Assembly: GCF_026210795.1 (NCBI RefSeq)
Contig: NC_089435.1
Coordinates: forward strand, 806,001 to 870,000
Length of the DNA: 64,000 nt
Reading direction: 5' to 3'
Source of the DNA: Rhizophagus irregularis
Lineage: Eukaryota
Shown here: piece after piece, positions 1-14,405 of the stretch
Layout: each line of letters opens with the position of its first letter
Numbering within the stretch: position 1 is the stretch's first letter
The notes under the pieces: generated by a model
What the model was told of the DNA's origin: nothing
The model's input: the letters and a program-made list of their open reading frames with translations, nothing else
Database searches by the model: none
Program-made: the position numbers and the translations under genes

Positions 1-699
1 TTAAATTAATTATGAATTATAAAATTTGACGAATTCTTTGTAGTAAATCTTTTACAACCAAATTTGATTATAATTAATAATTTTGGCGGGCCTGGTGAAC
101 CAAAAACAATTATAAATCAGTATAAGCTTGTAGGAACATTTTAAAATCATAATAAAGAACACATACTATAATATAAATATATAATGTACTGCATAAACTA
201 ATTTCCAAGGATTCGTAGAACTTTACCAGTGATACACATATATGATTAAAGTTGGTCAAAATCAATTAAATCTTTCATATTTCTGATCAAATTTTGTTAA
301 TTCTGGCCAATTTCGTAATGCTGGCTTAAAACGAAAAAATTAGTTAACTGTTAATATGTTATATACCACATTTTACACAATATAATCGATCTAACTTAAA
401 TAATAAAATTTCATACTTATTTATCACTTCTAGAACCTTATTGTTTATTAAAAAAAAGATTTGCATATTCTTTTCAGCTTTTAATCTTTTTTTAAAAGTT
501 GTATTGTTTGACGTTAAAAATTAATAATAGGTAATAGAAATTTGAATTTACTAAATAAAGTAGGAAAAATTAAGCTTTAATAGTTAAACAAAAGCAAGAT
601 GCATTTTTTTTGTTTAAAAACTTGAAAAAATACTTTTTTATTTTTAGATTTATTTAATGAATTTAGAAAAAAACTTGGAATGAGAATTTAGATGAAGAT

Positions 700-1140
700 T
701 TAAAATGGAAGAAAATGAAACTTTTATGGTGAATATGAGAACTATAATGAATATATAATAACAAATGAATCTTTTAAAATCTTTTATTTGAATTAGATTT
801 TAATACGCAAAAAAATTTGTTCAAAAATGAAAATAATTGTTAAAATTAAAATGTATTATAATTGATACAATAGATGGTAAAATTCATTAATGTAATTCTC
901 ACAAATAGTTGGGATGTGATAAATTGATGAAGATGTTAAAGCAAAAAAAATTTCAATTGAGAATTTGGGAGTTTGTTTTTATATAATCAAAATCAAATAC
1001 ATTTGTTAAAATTAAAACAAACTAAAGATTATACTGAAAGTATTATTCATAGTCATAGATGTCTATTTTGTAATAAAAATAAATTTTTTTTTTAGTTATG
1101 GTTCTAATTGTAAAGAACATTCATATACAATTATAGTAAA
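700..1140 (+). pseudogene. Degraded fragment of a repeated Cys/His-rich hypothetical (probably TE-associated) gene
   Basis: Broken frames read ...KISIENLGVC... and KQTKDYTESIIHSHRCLFCNKNK...GSNCKEHSYTII, with stops and frameshifts; no intact ORF. Confidence 0.3.
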
Positions 1141-2279
1141 GAAGGAGAAGGAGATTAGGAGAGCGAGGGAAAAGGAGCAATAAATTTATCAATGAAGAAG
1201 TAGCAACTAACACTTGAACTCTAAACCACCACACCTACTCATTACTATGAGAAAAAAATCAATTTATTTATTTTAATTGAAATCAATTGATATATTAAAA
1301 CGATTAAACGTTTTAATAACGTTACATTAAATTGAATTTTTAACCAAAATAGGTATAATCAAAAAAATTTATTTTGATGGTACATAAAAATAAATAAATT
1401 GAAATTTACATAATTTACATTAAAAAGGAAAAGAAATTTCTATTATATGTGAAAAAAGATAATCTATACAAGAAAAAAATAGATCTAACCTATATGAAAA
1501 ATTAATCTTTCCAAAAATAAATTAACCTACATAAGTAATCATATTATTTTCATCCGATTAACTAATTCTCATCTGATCAACTTATTTTCATCTGACATCA
1601 AATGTAAATTAGGAAACCATTAAAAAAAAATGATTTTTTAATTTTTATTTAACTTATACAAAAATTAAAGATAAATAAACCTACATAAGACACAAAGAAA
1701 TAATAGCAATAAGAAGAAAAAAACCTTTATTTTACAAAAATTAAAAATTTATTGAAGAAAATTCAATTTATACAATGAAAGATAATATTTATCATTATAA
1801 ATCAAAAAAAGTCTCTCAGAACATATATTAAACAAAAATTTTAAGCCAAAGAATAAGGAATTCCTAATCCATCACCAAAAATAACTACAAACTTCCTAGA
1901 AAGGAATTAGTGAAAATTAGTACATGTAAATAATATTATAACAAAATATAATTTAAGAGTTGTAAATACAATATAGTATACCAATAATTTATAAAAAATG
2001 AGTCATGTGTTTCATAAAAAAAAATTTTTTTAAGGTAATTTGAAATTGATAGAACAATTATTGGACTCATATCAAAGTTAGATAATTCCACACTATTACA
2101 AACCCCAAGAATAAAATGATCATAGTCTCTACCACCACCGCTAGCAGTCAAATGTTGTAATTTACACAAGTGGGTATGAAAATGACCTGCATAAGACAAC
2201 TGTTACAGGTAATACACTTAAAATATTTTCTAAGTTAACACAGTAAAGAACAATTTTATAAATTTTCTTTTATATACGT

Positions 2280-3400
2280 CATCAGAAAAAGCTTAATACT
2301 TTCTGACACAGACAGGAAAGATGATATAGCCATCAGGTTTTCAAATAATAACAACATGGGATGCACTGTGCCATTGTCTATTATGGGGCTACTACGTCAG
2401 GAAGAAGGAGAAGATAACAAAAGAAACACTTATTGAAGACTTATACCTCTTAGCAGAGATGTTCAAATAGATGGAAACAAAAGATGTAAGACCATCTATC
2501 AAAGATAAGCTTGAAAACTTGATTTGTACTGGGATTGCATCACCATCCTCTAAAACAATAATTAAATAAAGATAATAAAAAAATGTATTAACAGTGTTAA
2601 TATTTTAGGACTTCGCAGAGTGGTCTAACAGGGGAAATGGTTGAGAATTAGGAAAGATATTACAGAATGTTCCAAACCAGATTTTGGGACAGACCTGGTA
2701 ATTATTAAAGATCTTCTAATTAATTCTTATATATATATCTATATTAAATTTATTTTATTTACATTATTAGCAACACGGCATAGTATGAGACGCCATCATA
2801 AAAGGAAGCACTTATGGCCTCAAGATTAATTTTTTATATTTTTTATATTTTTTTTTTATTTTTATACATAAGAAATGAGATACAAGACAACAAACAAGTT
2901 GATTGCAAATTGAGGGTGGAGATGAATCCCTTTATAATTAATCCAGCCATATTTCTGTACCCAATGAAGAGAATACCTATGAGCATCCATGGGGAAACTG
3001 TTCCGAGACAGTAGCATGACAGGTTCTACTTGGTCAACATATTTTATTCTCCCTAATAATCCATTTGAAAAATATGAAGGTAATATGCAAAAAATGCGAA
3101 ATCATGGGAAAATGGCAGAAAATGAATTAGAAGGGAATTGCAAAGATCATAGGGACTCACAATTAATACTGATCTCAGAGACTTGGACACTCTAGGTTTT
3201 AAATTTTAATCATATAAAAATCATTATTGTGAGACATTACTTTTTACAATGAAGCTATGTTTTCATAGCATATTACATATAGCTGATAGTATCAAAGATA
3301 CTGTTCCAGTCTGGGTCACTTGGCAATTTCCAATAGAGCGAATATTTGGAATGCTTCTTCCTTATGCTTGATCACGACTTCACCCTTATATTTCTGGACT
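2280..3400 (+). mobile_element. CACTA/En-Spm (Tnp2/Transposase_21-type) transposase relic
   Basis: About 3249-3390 translates MKLCFHSILHIADSIKDTVPVWVTWQFPIERIFGMLLPYA*SRLHPY, matching the H.LLH..D.I...GP.W..W.FP.ER motif of CACTA-type transposases; upstream fragments (ORFs 2814-3195) are disrupted. Confidence 0.7.
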
Positions 3401-4019
3401 GTTATAATCAAGTGTTTGAGTGGAGTATTAAAATTATTTGGGAATTGTTTCAAAAGGGTTGAAATGGCAGCAAAAAAATGCAGAACAACATGGGTGGAAT
3501 GGCTGGTGGAATATGATGGAACTGATTAGTCTGTATGTTTTATGCTTTATTCCTTTCTTGAGATATCCATTACTCCAATATCTTTCTTTATATATATCTT
3601 TTTCACTTTAATGTATTACCTTATTAGTGCAGTAAAAAAACATATATATATAATAAAGAAATGTTGAGCTTTATTTTGAAATTTAAAACATTGATGTATA
3701 TAGTTTTATTTCACATTCCATTCACGCGTTTTAATAAATTAGCGTAAATAACATTTTTTTTAAGACTTGATCCTTCTTGTGATGTAGCAATAAACAAATA
3801 AACATAATTTCTTGATCCAAAATGTGATAATTAATAACGTGATATTGAATAAATTTACAAAAAAAAAACATTTTAGTTGTAATTTAATAAATAATATTAA
3901 AGAAGAAATCATCATACGGTACAGTATATACTTTTTTTAATACAAAATACAAAATTAATTGTAAATTTACCTACATTAAACTATTTAAAGCTTTTATTAA
4001 TAAACACTTTAGAAAAACA

Positions 4020-4620
4020 TGTTGTTAAAAGGAGTTGATTAAACGAATTAGTTCTTTTTAACTCAATATGATTATCATACTAGGTAAATTGATTAAAACC
4101 ATTCGGAATTGAAGAGTAATTATTATAGATTAATCGATCCTGAGGAATATTAAAAGAATTTTAATTATGTTAAATTGAATGTAGGCGTGATTAAATTGAT
4201 AAAATATTGTCGTTTATATAATAAGGGATATTATAAAAAGTTGAATGTGAATAAAAAGATGAATTCCAATCAAATTTGTATTTCTGAAAGTGTTACGAAG
4301 TAGGTAAATTGTCCTCATTTCTGTAAGAATTTAAATCATTTTCATTATTCTTGATATTTTCCTGCAATTGTAAGATATTAATAAAATATTTTTTTAATTC
4401 GGAAAATAATGATTTGAATCATCTTATATATATACGAATTTACCTTATATATAGTACGTTTTGTTACTCAAAAACATTTGTCATTTTTTCTTATTTTCTT
4501 GTAAAATACAAATATCTACCTACAATAATATGATTTAAAGCCATACATGAATTATTTTAATTATCCTTGAATAATCCAAAAAAAAAATAATCAAAGTTTG
4601 TAATTAATTCATTCATAAAT
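4020..4620 (-). pseudogene. Degraded gene, possibly HMG-box-like; homologous to 24330-24680
   Basis: Shares blocks with 24330-24680 (aaggagttgatt..gaatta.ttcttttta; aaaaagat.aattccaatcaaattt; tttaaagc.atac..attattttaattatc.ttgaataa); the HMG-like identity is only an impression from minus-strand fragments. Confidence 0.3.
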
Positions 4621-6357
4621 TAGATTCCTCTGATTTATACTGATTTATAGGTAATATTTGAAAGAATAAAATTTTTTTTTCTCGTTTCTTCATTTTAGCA
4701 TCACGAGTCACGTCAAAGTGAACAAGATTCTATAATAAATTTTGATACATTTGATAATTGTGATTTGTGATTTTCTTTTACATGATTTTTTTAAAAAAAA
4801 TTCAAAAAGAATTATTTTCTTTCAATTTCATCTAATGAAACAAATTTCTCGTAATTAGTAAAATAGATCATCATTCCATCGTACTTTGGAAGTTTCATTT
4901 TTTCTTCAAAAAAGTTGTCGGTTATACTAAAAGTTGTGTCACGTGAATAGTAAAATAACACAAATGAGTGGCGCAGTAATTTATTAATCATCAAAGTTAT
5001 CCAAATAGTTTAACTACATATAATATTAGAACGTTATGCCATCCTTAGTATGCAAAGTTCTTTGAATAAAATATTAATTTATACATTCTTAAATTATTAC
5101 ATAATCAAGAAATGACACGTCAGTCACGTCATGTATATAATGACGTGAGAATATTTGATTATATCTTACTCATTATAGTCAATCATGACTCATCACGATT
5201 TAAGTGATGCAATACATAAAATAGATAAAATAGCCACTTTTTCTCTTTATTTTCTTTAACCACTCTTTTCTTTCTTACTTCCTCACTTTTCTTTTTCTTT
5301 TATTTTTTTTCTTGTTAAGTATGGTAATAGGTAAGGTACAACCAACTCCACATCTCATTTTAAACCGTAGGTACGACCAACTACACGTTAAAAACTTTAA
5401 AAAAGTTAAAGCCATACTTAAACAAATTTCTAATAAAATTGAGTAGAGAAACCTGTGTTTATTGCTCGATCGACTTTCCCACATTACGTATATATACGTA
5501 CGTATTTTATGTATGTATGTACATAGTACGTATTGTGTATATATGTAAACCAAATAATTAGATGGGGGAATGAGAAAGCTTATTTTTGACTTTACAAAAA
5601 TAATTTCTTTCTTGTTCTGATGCACATGTGCATTATTTGTTTTATTTGTTTTGATTTTTACGTAAATAATGTTCTTTTATAATTTTCTTTCTTGTTTTTA
5701 ATGCATGTGTGCATAAGTAGTTGAATCTGGGGCCAGAACATAACTAAAAAAACACAGTTTTACATATAGAATTTGTCAAGTTGTGAAAGTTATTATATTA
5801 TATATCTATATGTCCGAACGTCTCTGCTCAATTTTTGTTCTTAGCAACCCAAATAATATTTTATTTTTTTTAAATCCTATTAATTATAAACTGGTTGTAT
5901 AAGATTATAGGTAAGTGATTTCTTTTTTTCCCTGAACGAAGCTTGCCACCTCTACGTGGTGTTCAGGAGTAACAGTTGTAAGTTTATAACTGGCCAAGAG
6001 CAAGCAATATTTTATTTTACATATTTTTAGATTTCTACGCCATTTTGTATTTGAATGTCACGTAAAAATGTTTATTCATAAGTTGTGTATAACGTATCGT
6101 GAAAATCGAAGGAGTTATAAATCATTTTAAAAGAAATGTTAAAATTCACTTTCAATTATTGAAGAATATGTTTTAAATAAAACTAGCAGAAAAAAAAAAA
6201 CTTTTGAGTTAGGATACTAAGGGTCATGGTGTTGTAACTTGTAACTTTCTTTTTAAATAAAATAATAATTGAAAAGGCTTTAAGAATATAGAATTTCAAT
6301 GAAATTTAATCTGTAACATTATTTATTATAAAAAGAAATCGATTGTATTACTCTATA

Positions 6358-7880
6358 TTAAAATTTTATGAAATATAATTCTAATATTCCATAATATGTA
6401 ATTCTAAATTCCCTAATAATACCCATTTTTTTATAATTTTCAATCATTATTTTCATGTATTTTTCTAACTCTTCTAACTTAATATTACTACTAGTGATAA
6501 CTAGTGAAAGTGATTTTTGTGGTATACGATCTTTCCAGTTTATAAAAAATTCCTCTAGTTCTTCACAAATCTTTTTCAAATGATAAAAAACCATTAAGAA
6601 AACCCCAATTTATAGTTAATTTATAAAAATCCTTTTGTGCATATCTTGTCAAAACTCTAAAGAAGGTTTTAATATTAGAACATCTCTCAGCATTATATTG
6701 TAATCTAATGATTTTTAAATATTGACAATTATTCAGGATTAATTTAAAAGTTTCAAATTCATCCTCCTCAAAGACTATAGATAAGATTTTAAGGTTTGGA
6801 CAAAATTTAGCTATTGTCAAATTTAATGAGTTATCAGGATTTTCAGGTATATATAAATCTATCGAATTTTTTCCATTAATTTCCAAAAATCTAATAAAAA
6901 ATTCAACTTTTTGGGAATGAATATAAAAATTTTAAAGTTTTTAATTGTGAAAAATAAACGTATTGAAATTGATCAAAATCATGTAATGAATGAACTATTC
7001 TTAAAAAAAATTTCAAGTATTTGTAAATTTTTAAACTTAGTTATAAATGACAAAGGTATATAACAATTTAATTTTAATTCAGTTAATGTTAAAAAAAAAA
7101 AATTTAAATGATGAGGGGGATATATCTTTTACATTATCAACATTTATGTGATATAAAGATTCAAAAAATATACGTTTTAAAATTATTTTGTGAAAAAATT
7201 AATTCTTTTAATCCATTTGAAGTAAGAGGAATAAAATTTAAATTTAATGATTGAATATTATGACATTTGAGATAATTGATAAAAAATTCTGAACAAATAT
7301 TTGAACAACACCATAATTCTGTAAAATTTGTTAAACACCAAGTGGATAAATAGATTCAAAATAATAATCGATGTAATAATAATCCAAAGTTTTCAATGAT
7401 GTAACTTGATTCATAAGCATTTTTAATAATTCTTGTAGTAATATGCACCTACGCATTCGAATACAATGAAGTGAATCGAAATCTTTTGTATCAAAAGGAA
7501 AATTTCGAATTATTCGTTTGATTCCACGGATTGTAATAACTTTGATAAATGACGGATAATTAAACAATGGAGGTTTTCGAGTTTGAGTAAGATTGATAAT
7601 GAAAAACTCTTCCTTTTGCAACAAATCCTTTGATTCCTTAGGAAGAAAAGTAATTAACGTACTAATATAATAATTGATAATGATACATGTGATTTAAAAC
7701 CATAACCATCATAATCTTCTTGAGGAAAATCTTGAAAATTCCAAACATTTCTTCACAAATTCTGACGGCAATTTCACAGAATTGACGATTAACTAATAAA
7801 CATGAATATAAAGTATTTTTATCTTCTTCTAATTATTCAAATATACAATTAAGACAATCAGCAATAAGTTGACGAGACAT
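6358..7880 (-). pseudogene. F-box/LRR (RNI-like) protein pseudogene
   Basis: ATG at 7880 gives MSRQLIADCLNCIFE*LEEDKNTLYSCLLVNRQFCEIAV (F-box-like, in-frame stop); continues in broken ORFs 7331-7624 (PLFNYPSFIK), 6563-6886 (IAKFCPNLKIL) and 6358-6594 (LEEFFINWKDRIPQKSLSL). Confidence 0.8.
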
Positions 7881-9089
7881 TTTTTTTTCAAAAAAGAATG
7901 AAAATTGTATTTCTGCTTTACAAGTTTACGTTATATATATGGAAAGGGTAAACAATTTTGCCGTGATTAAACTGTGCCGTAATTAAACTTCTTTTGGAAC
8001 TCATCTTTCCCATATAAAAAATTTTCACGAGCTCACTTAATTATAATAATACAGAATTATAATAATACATAATCGCAGTAATATTATTAATCACCAGTGA
8101 ACCGATTTTCATTGATTTTTTATAGAATTAGTTAGTTACTTTTATTTTATTATTTTTATTGTATTATATTATTTTACTAATTTATGTTATATTGTTTTAG
8201 TAGATAGTTGATTTATAGAATTTATACTTTTATTTCATAATTAACAAGAGATTATTAAAGAAGAGTTAGGATTATAAAATGTAAAATATATGAAATGTGA
8301 TTTATTTTGAACTTGTTCATACATGACATTCGAATTTATAATAAATATCTTTTAACCATAATTGAGTTAATTATGCAAATTTTTAATATCTTAATTTCAT
8401 CATATTTACTCAGAATTGTTATTTTTTGTGCAGCAGTGAAATTTAATATTAACATGGATTTTAAGTATGTAGTTTTGTATAGATTTTTATTTAAAATTCA
8501 AACAAATTTAAAATAAGTATTATTCAATATTATAGTTTTGTTACTTTAAAAATATTGTATAAATACATTTTCTATAGTAAATAAATATTGTTAATTAATG
8601 TTAAGAACTATCATTAAAATTTTGAGAACATTATAGCTGTTAAAAATATAGTAAAATCTTTAAACAATAGAATTAGGCGTTCTAAAAAAAAGAAAAATAA
8701 ACATTATTAATATTTCTTGAATAAAAAAAACTAAATAATTCCATTTCTACTATTTACATGAAGCTAACTGCCTAAAAAGAACGGTTAATTATAAAATTTT
8801 ATAATACCGAAAATTTAATGTTTAATCCTTAATGTTATGTGACACGTCAGGTATATTATCTACGTCTGACGCACGTCAACTATCAACTGAACTAACGCAA
8901 ATTGACGCCTGAGGTACAACATATATAATTTAATTGAATAATACTCATGTGCAAAATAATTTACTAATGTTGCCAAAATATTTTTTTTAATTTATACTCG
9001 AAAATATTTCCAAGTTAGCTCAATATTTTAAAATTGTAAACTTTATTTAGTATAAAATAAAAAATTTTTTGCACGACTACATTAAATAG

Positions 9090-10644
9090 TTGATCCAGAT
9101 TAATCCATTTCTTTAATAAATTCATGAACTTTAATAAATAAATCATCATAATATCGAACTTTAATATTATACATTCAAATTCTTTCACTTCATTCTTCAA
9201 AGAAAATAAATCTTCACTTTTAATGTTAACCGTTGCACTGTCTTTAATGAAAGTATTCATAATAGCCAAATATTTGACCCTCTTCTTTTTCATTATATAT
9301 TCCTTTATATAAGGTAAAATATCCATCCTAAATCCTTTCATTCTAATACTAATTATTAATTTTTCAATAAAGGTATTTTGAGAATTTTTTAAAAATATTT
9401 CCAGATCAATTAAATTATCAATAAGATTTAAACTTAATATTTTAATTTAAAAGGAAGAACTTGACATAAATTTCTTAATATAATTAAACCACTATTAATG
9501 TCATTACCTAATAATTTTTTTGCATTAATAGAAAGATAATTTTAAGATTTTGTTTTATGTTTTCAATTAAATCAATGGAAAGATAATTAATCTGTTCTTT
9601 AAACTCATATAAATCAAGAAATTTGATATTCTTACAATATATTATAATTTTATTAAGTATTTGTTGTTCTGATAATGATAGACTACGACAAAATTTGTAC
9701 CCAATATTTTTCTAAATAATCACCAGATTTTTGTAATAATAATTTTATTGATTCATCAATTTGTGATCTCTCATCTATAAATAAAGATTTTAATTTAAAT
9801 GGATTATTTAAATTAACAATTTGACGAGTAAAACTACTATTTAAAGAAATTACAATAAATGACATGAACAAGATTCTAAAACATTTAATTGTTCAAATAT
9901 TTTATCTAAATTGATTATACCATTAAAATTGACTTCATATAGTATGATCGTATGTATTTGAACAATTACCACCTTTTGATAACAATAATGATTGAAATAA
10001 AGGAAAATGATTTGAGCTAATACAATTTTTTGAAGATTTTGATGTATTTTAATTATTTGTAATAAATTACTTTTAATATATATATTTATCATAATTGTCG
10101 AAATATGAAAAATCAAGAGTATTATCAATATAAAGTCTTAAACTTCCAACATTATTATTGATGAAATTCCGATTTCGTAAAATTATTTCAAACATATCAT
10201 TTTGATAGGAATCATAATTTGGAACATTTAAGATCTCAATGGCTAAAGTATGTATAATTACTTCATTTTCAATAAACATTTTAATTAGTGACGTTTGAAT
10301 CAATCCAATAAAATCAATTTCTAAATTTATATCATTAAAAGATATATATCTTCAAGTTTTAAAGTTCTAATAATAATCTTCCGCGTATTCAAATATTTTA
10401 TAAAATTAGGATAATTGAAAAGTGTTTTTGAAGATAATAAATTATCATTAATTCTATATTCTTTTAATTTTAATTTTAAATCATTATTTAAATTATGCAA
10501 GTATGTTTCAATAAATTTATAATTTCCAGTAGTAATTGAAAATGGATTTTTCCATAATAGTGGAATCGTTAAACGACACCAAAATCTGTTAATTAAAATA
10601 CATGAATATAAAGTTGATAAATCCCCTGAAAATATTTTTGACAT
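9090..10644 (-). pseudogene. F-box/LRR protein pseudogene
   Basis: MSKIFSGDLSTLYSCILINRFWCRLTIPLLWKNPF...TLFNYPNFIKYLN, then frameshifted pieces (NPFKLKSLF, DILPYIKEYIMKKKRVKYLAI) across several ORFs. Confidence 0.8.
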
Positions 10645-11118
10645 GACACGACATATTGTTAGGCGAAGAGAAAAAAAAATATATTTGTGTATCATATATA
10701 CATAGTCACACGATTCGTGTTAATCAGTTGGGCTAGAGTAGATCATTACTCGCAAAATAATTTATAAAATTTTGAGGCGCAGCAATTTCATGAACCGACG
10801 GAACCGACGCATAAAATTTTCGGTAGATTTCCTGCACACATAACTGGCAATTTCTGCATAATTTATCATAAAAACTCCTTCATCCCGTTATTTAATCTAT
10901 TATTTATATTAAATAATACTAAATATTAACACATTTCGTATTATGTGGCGCAGTATTGAAATAATTAATGATCATGTGGTGTAGATCATTTTATCATGAA
11001 ACGAATCTTGAAACTCCACATGGTGATAAACATTAATAATAGAAATTATGATGTAACATTAAAAACATTTTAAAGAATAATGAAACATTAGAAGTCAATA
11101 ACCATAAAATAAATACCA

Positions 11119-11280
11119 ATCATCTAAAATTTTTCAATTTTTTCATTTGTTGCGGTAGAAAGTGTTTCTTTCGTACGTATATTTTCTTGAAACCTATTTT
11201 ATAAAAATATTATTATATTGCAATGTATAGGTTAGATATAATTCATATAAATGATAACTGAAAATTTCCCACTCCCCATT
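11119..11280 (-). pseudogene. Deleted remnant of an aldo-keto reductase paralog
   Basis: catctaaaattt..caattttttcatt and agtgtttctttcgta...aacctattttataaaaatattattatattgcaatgta match 26587-26733 (exon plus intron) of the AKR gene. Confidence 0.75.
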
Positions 11281-11772
11281 AATATAGAATACTTTGTGCA
11301 TATATCTATTATAAAGTTTAAAATAGCTAATTTTTATGGTATTACATATTATGACATCACATGACATGTTATATAGATCATAATTTAGTTTATAAAAAAA
11401 GAAATTGTTTAATTTTAGGTTTGGTTCACGATTTAATTTAGAATTACTTTAGGCTTACGTATAGTTCGTCCCTGTAATTTGTATTGTGACTTTGTTTACA
11501 TGGAAATAAAATAAAAATAAAAATAAATTGTTTAATTTTATTAATTCATATGTAACTTTTAAATAAAGTGAATTATTCAAATTACAAACTAAGAGACTTT
11601 GCAAATATTGCTACTCTAAACCTTAGAGTTTAAATAATTCTAAATAAAAACAATAAAATTTAATTTAATAGATAGTTAAGATCCATCTTATCTAAAAATT
11701 GGTTATTATAAGTTAATATTAATCATAGTACGCAAGAAAATATTCTAAAAATATACTTACAATCAAAAACTT

Positions 11773-13850
11773 TTATTCATCTTGTTCTTCTGAATGAAAA
11801 TTGGGATTATATATTTCATCACCAACTAATTTTAGGATTAAAATAAAATTATAAGTAAGCCTATTTACTATACGTGTAATTCTAAAATAATTATTATGAT
11901 GACGAAATAAATAATTTTTGAGATCTAGAAATAATTACTTTTATCATTATTATCCAACTTTACTTTCTTAGGGTTAGTAATAGTTAAATCATCTTGTCCT
12001 TCTACTTTTAAGTAATAGAAAATTAATAATTTTACTTACTGTTGATAAATAATTCATAAAATAACTCATTACCATTAAAATAAATTCTTTTATTAGATTC
12101 ATCTTTTACTTCTTAAAAAAAAAATAATAATAATAAACTGTTAAATTATTTCAATTAAGAAATTTCAAAATTATGTATTAATTATACCTGTGATCATGCC
12201 ATCTTGTAAATCAAAGTCAAATTGTATACTGTGATAAGCTATAAAACAAATGTTATAAATACTATACTTTTCCATATATAATTTGTTTTGATAAATATTG
12301 ATGATTACCTTCTTGTTCTTCTATTAAATAAAATATAGATGAACAGTTATTATGATGTTAACTAATCTTGATAAATAAAATTTTTTTACCTTTTGTTGCA
12401 TTTCTTGGTTCAGGCAAATCTTTAAAATAATAAACTCTGCTACTAGAATTTCTAAAAAAGGAGTTAATAGAGTTAGTAGAACTAATACTAAAATTTGTAT
12501 TTAATTGAACGCTTGTAATGTTATTTGTCTGTTGTTCTTCGTTTTCATTATTGAGATATGATCTATACAAAGATCTTATTTCATTGTAAAGAGTAAAAAT
12601 ATCAGGTCTTCTTGTTTGATCAGCATCCCAACATTGTTCCATTAGTTCTTTATATTTTAAAGGAGTTCCCGGTATTATTCTTGGCCTCATTCCATTTATT
12701 ATTTTTAGCGCAATATCATAATCATGTTTATAAACAAAAGGTGGTTGTCCGGATGAGATTTCCCACATAAGCATGCCAATACTATAGACATCAGACGCAA
12801 AAGAATATTTCATTTTTACAATAACTTCAGGAGCTATATAAGGAAGATTTCCATATATACTATTTAATGGCTTATCAGCTGGTCCACAAAATCCAAAATC
12901 ACTTATACGAATTTTTGCATGATTAAATAATACATTTCCAGAATGCAAATCTCTGTGAATTGCTTTTTCTTTATGAATTCTAGATACACCAAACACTATT
13001 TGATAAATAATATGAATTCTTCTTTTCCATGTAAGCTTATTATGATTTTGATGTAAATATTCTCTTAAATTATTATGCAATGCGAACATTACAAGCATAT
13101 AATTCCCATCTGATGGACCTTTTGTTATACCAAAGCATTGAACAACATGATTATGTTTGTTACTTATATGTAAATGAGATTTACCCTATAAAAAAATAAT
13201 GGATATTATTATATAGTAATTATTTTAGTCACCTTTTCAAATAATTTTAAATTACATACCTCTTCAAACCAACTTTTATTAGCACTTTCAACATTTTCTA
13301 ACTTTTTGAGTATTACATCATGTCCTTTATCTCTTTTTAATTGTTTTTCTTTTGAATCCCATTCTTCATAACTTCCATCAATCCTATATGCTGTATAAAT
13401 TTCAGAACATCCACCTTTAGTTAAATATTCAATATTTTGTAATTTATCATATGGGACCCATTCTACTATTCTATTTGGTTTAAGTGTTTCCATTTGACAT
13501 TGTTGTATTAAATTATCAATATCATTATTTCCAGATGTCCAGCTTGAAAATTTTGATATTAAATAATTTCGAACACAATGTTCACAGTATAATGTAGCTA
13601 AACATTCATCATGACAATTTTCACAAATTCTTTTTATTCCTTCATTATCAAGAATTTTAAAATAGTCAAAATCTTTATTTAATAATTTTACTGCATATGA
13701 TTTTTCATCTTTTGTAAGAGATTTGTCAGCAAGAATAGTTTGTTGCCTAAATTCAAATTGTTTGTCTAAGGTATCTTGAGTATTAAAATCTGTTAATGCA
13801 TATGCTCTATGATACGCAGCAAAAACTATGTCTTCTCGAATAGAAGTCAT
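11773..13850 (-). CDS. Tyrosine-kinase-like (TKL) protein kinase, copy 1
   Basis: Exon 1 13850-13260, intron 13259-13186 (GT..AG), exon 2 with HRDLHSGN, DFG, YIAPE, DVYSIG; several short 3' exons end NPNFHSEEQDE* (TAA 11775-11773); N-terminal CENC...CEHC and WTSGN..ID..IQ..Q typical of the Glomeromycotina kinase expansion. Confidence 0.85.
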
Positions 13851-13982
13851 AATGTGAGATAAACATAAATTTTTTTTATTAAAAATGAAAATTATAGATT
13901 AACAAATTCCGGAGCGAGTAATTCTTGCTTTATTGCGCGATCTTTTTAATTAAGACGAGTTAATTGTATCATTCATGCGTAA

Positions 13983-14405
13983 TAGAGTTTGTATCCGTCC
14001 ATCTGGATATCAGATATCCGTTTATAGCTAATTTATCCAGATTTAATCCGTCCATCCGGATATCCGATTTTTGTGTTATCCGTTTATCCGGATATCCAAT
14101 TATTTTTGCAGGCTAAATCAGGCCAAATTTATAATTCCGACCAGGATTATACCTTGGTAAGATGTTCATTTCCATTTTTAGCGATAGCCGTTCCACAAAA
14201 ATTACTTTTTCTAAAATCGAAATTTTCCTTTTTAAGAGGTTGTGTAGCATATATTTCCAAAAAAGGAAATAATTTAGCATAATTCCGGCCGGCATTATAA
14301 AATTGGTCCAAGTTACTCAACAGATAATATCCGGATATCCGGAATTCTGCATGCATCCGTTCAATCCGGATATTCGAATATCCGCGGATATAACGGATAA
14401 CTCTA
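13983..14405. mobile_element. hAT-type MITE (copy 1), rich in TATCCG/CGGATA
   Basis: Termini TAGAGTTTGTATCCG...CGGATAACTCTA; left flank ATGCGTAA, right flank degenerate (ata-atgcataa); near-identical to 21079-21506. Confidence 0.85.

Noticed and set aside
5930..5970. Hairpin CCTGAAC...GTTCAGG as a Helitron 3' end
   Set aside because: No CTRR terminus at the expected distance
13983..14405. Short repeated TATCCG units suggesting a CRISPR-like array
   Set aside because: No constant repeat/spacer periodicity; explained by MITE subterminal repeats with TIRs and TSD
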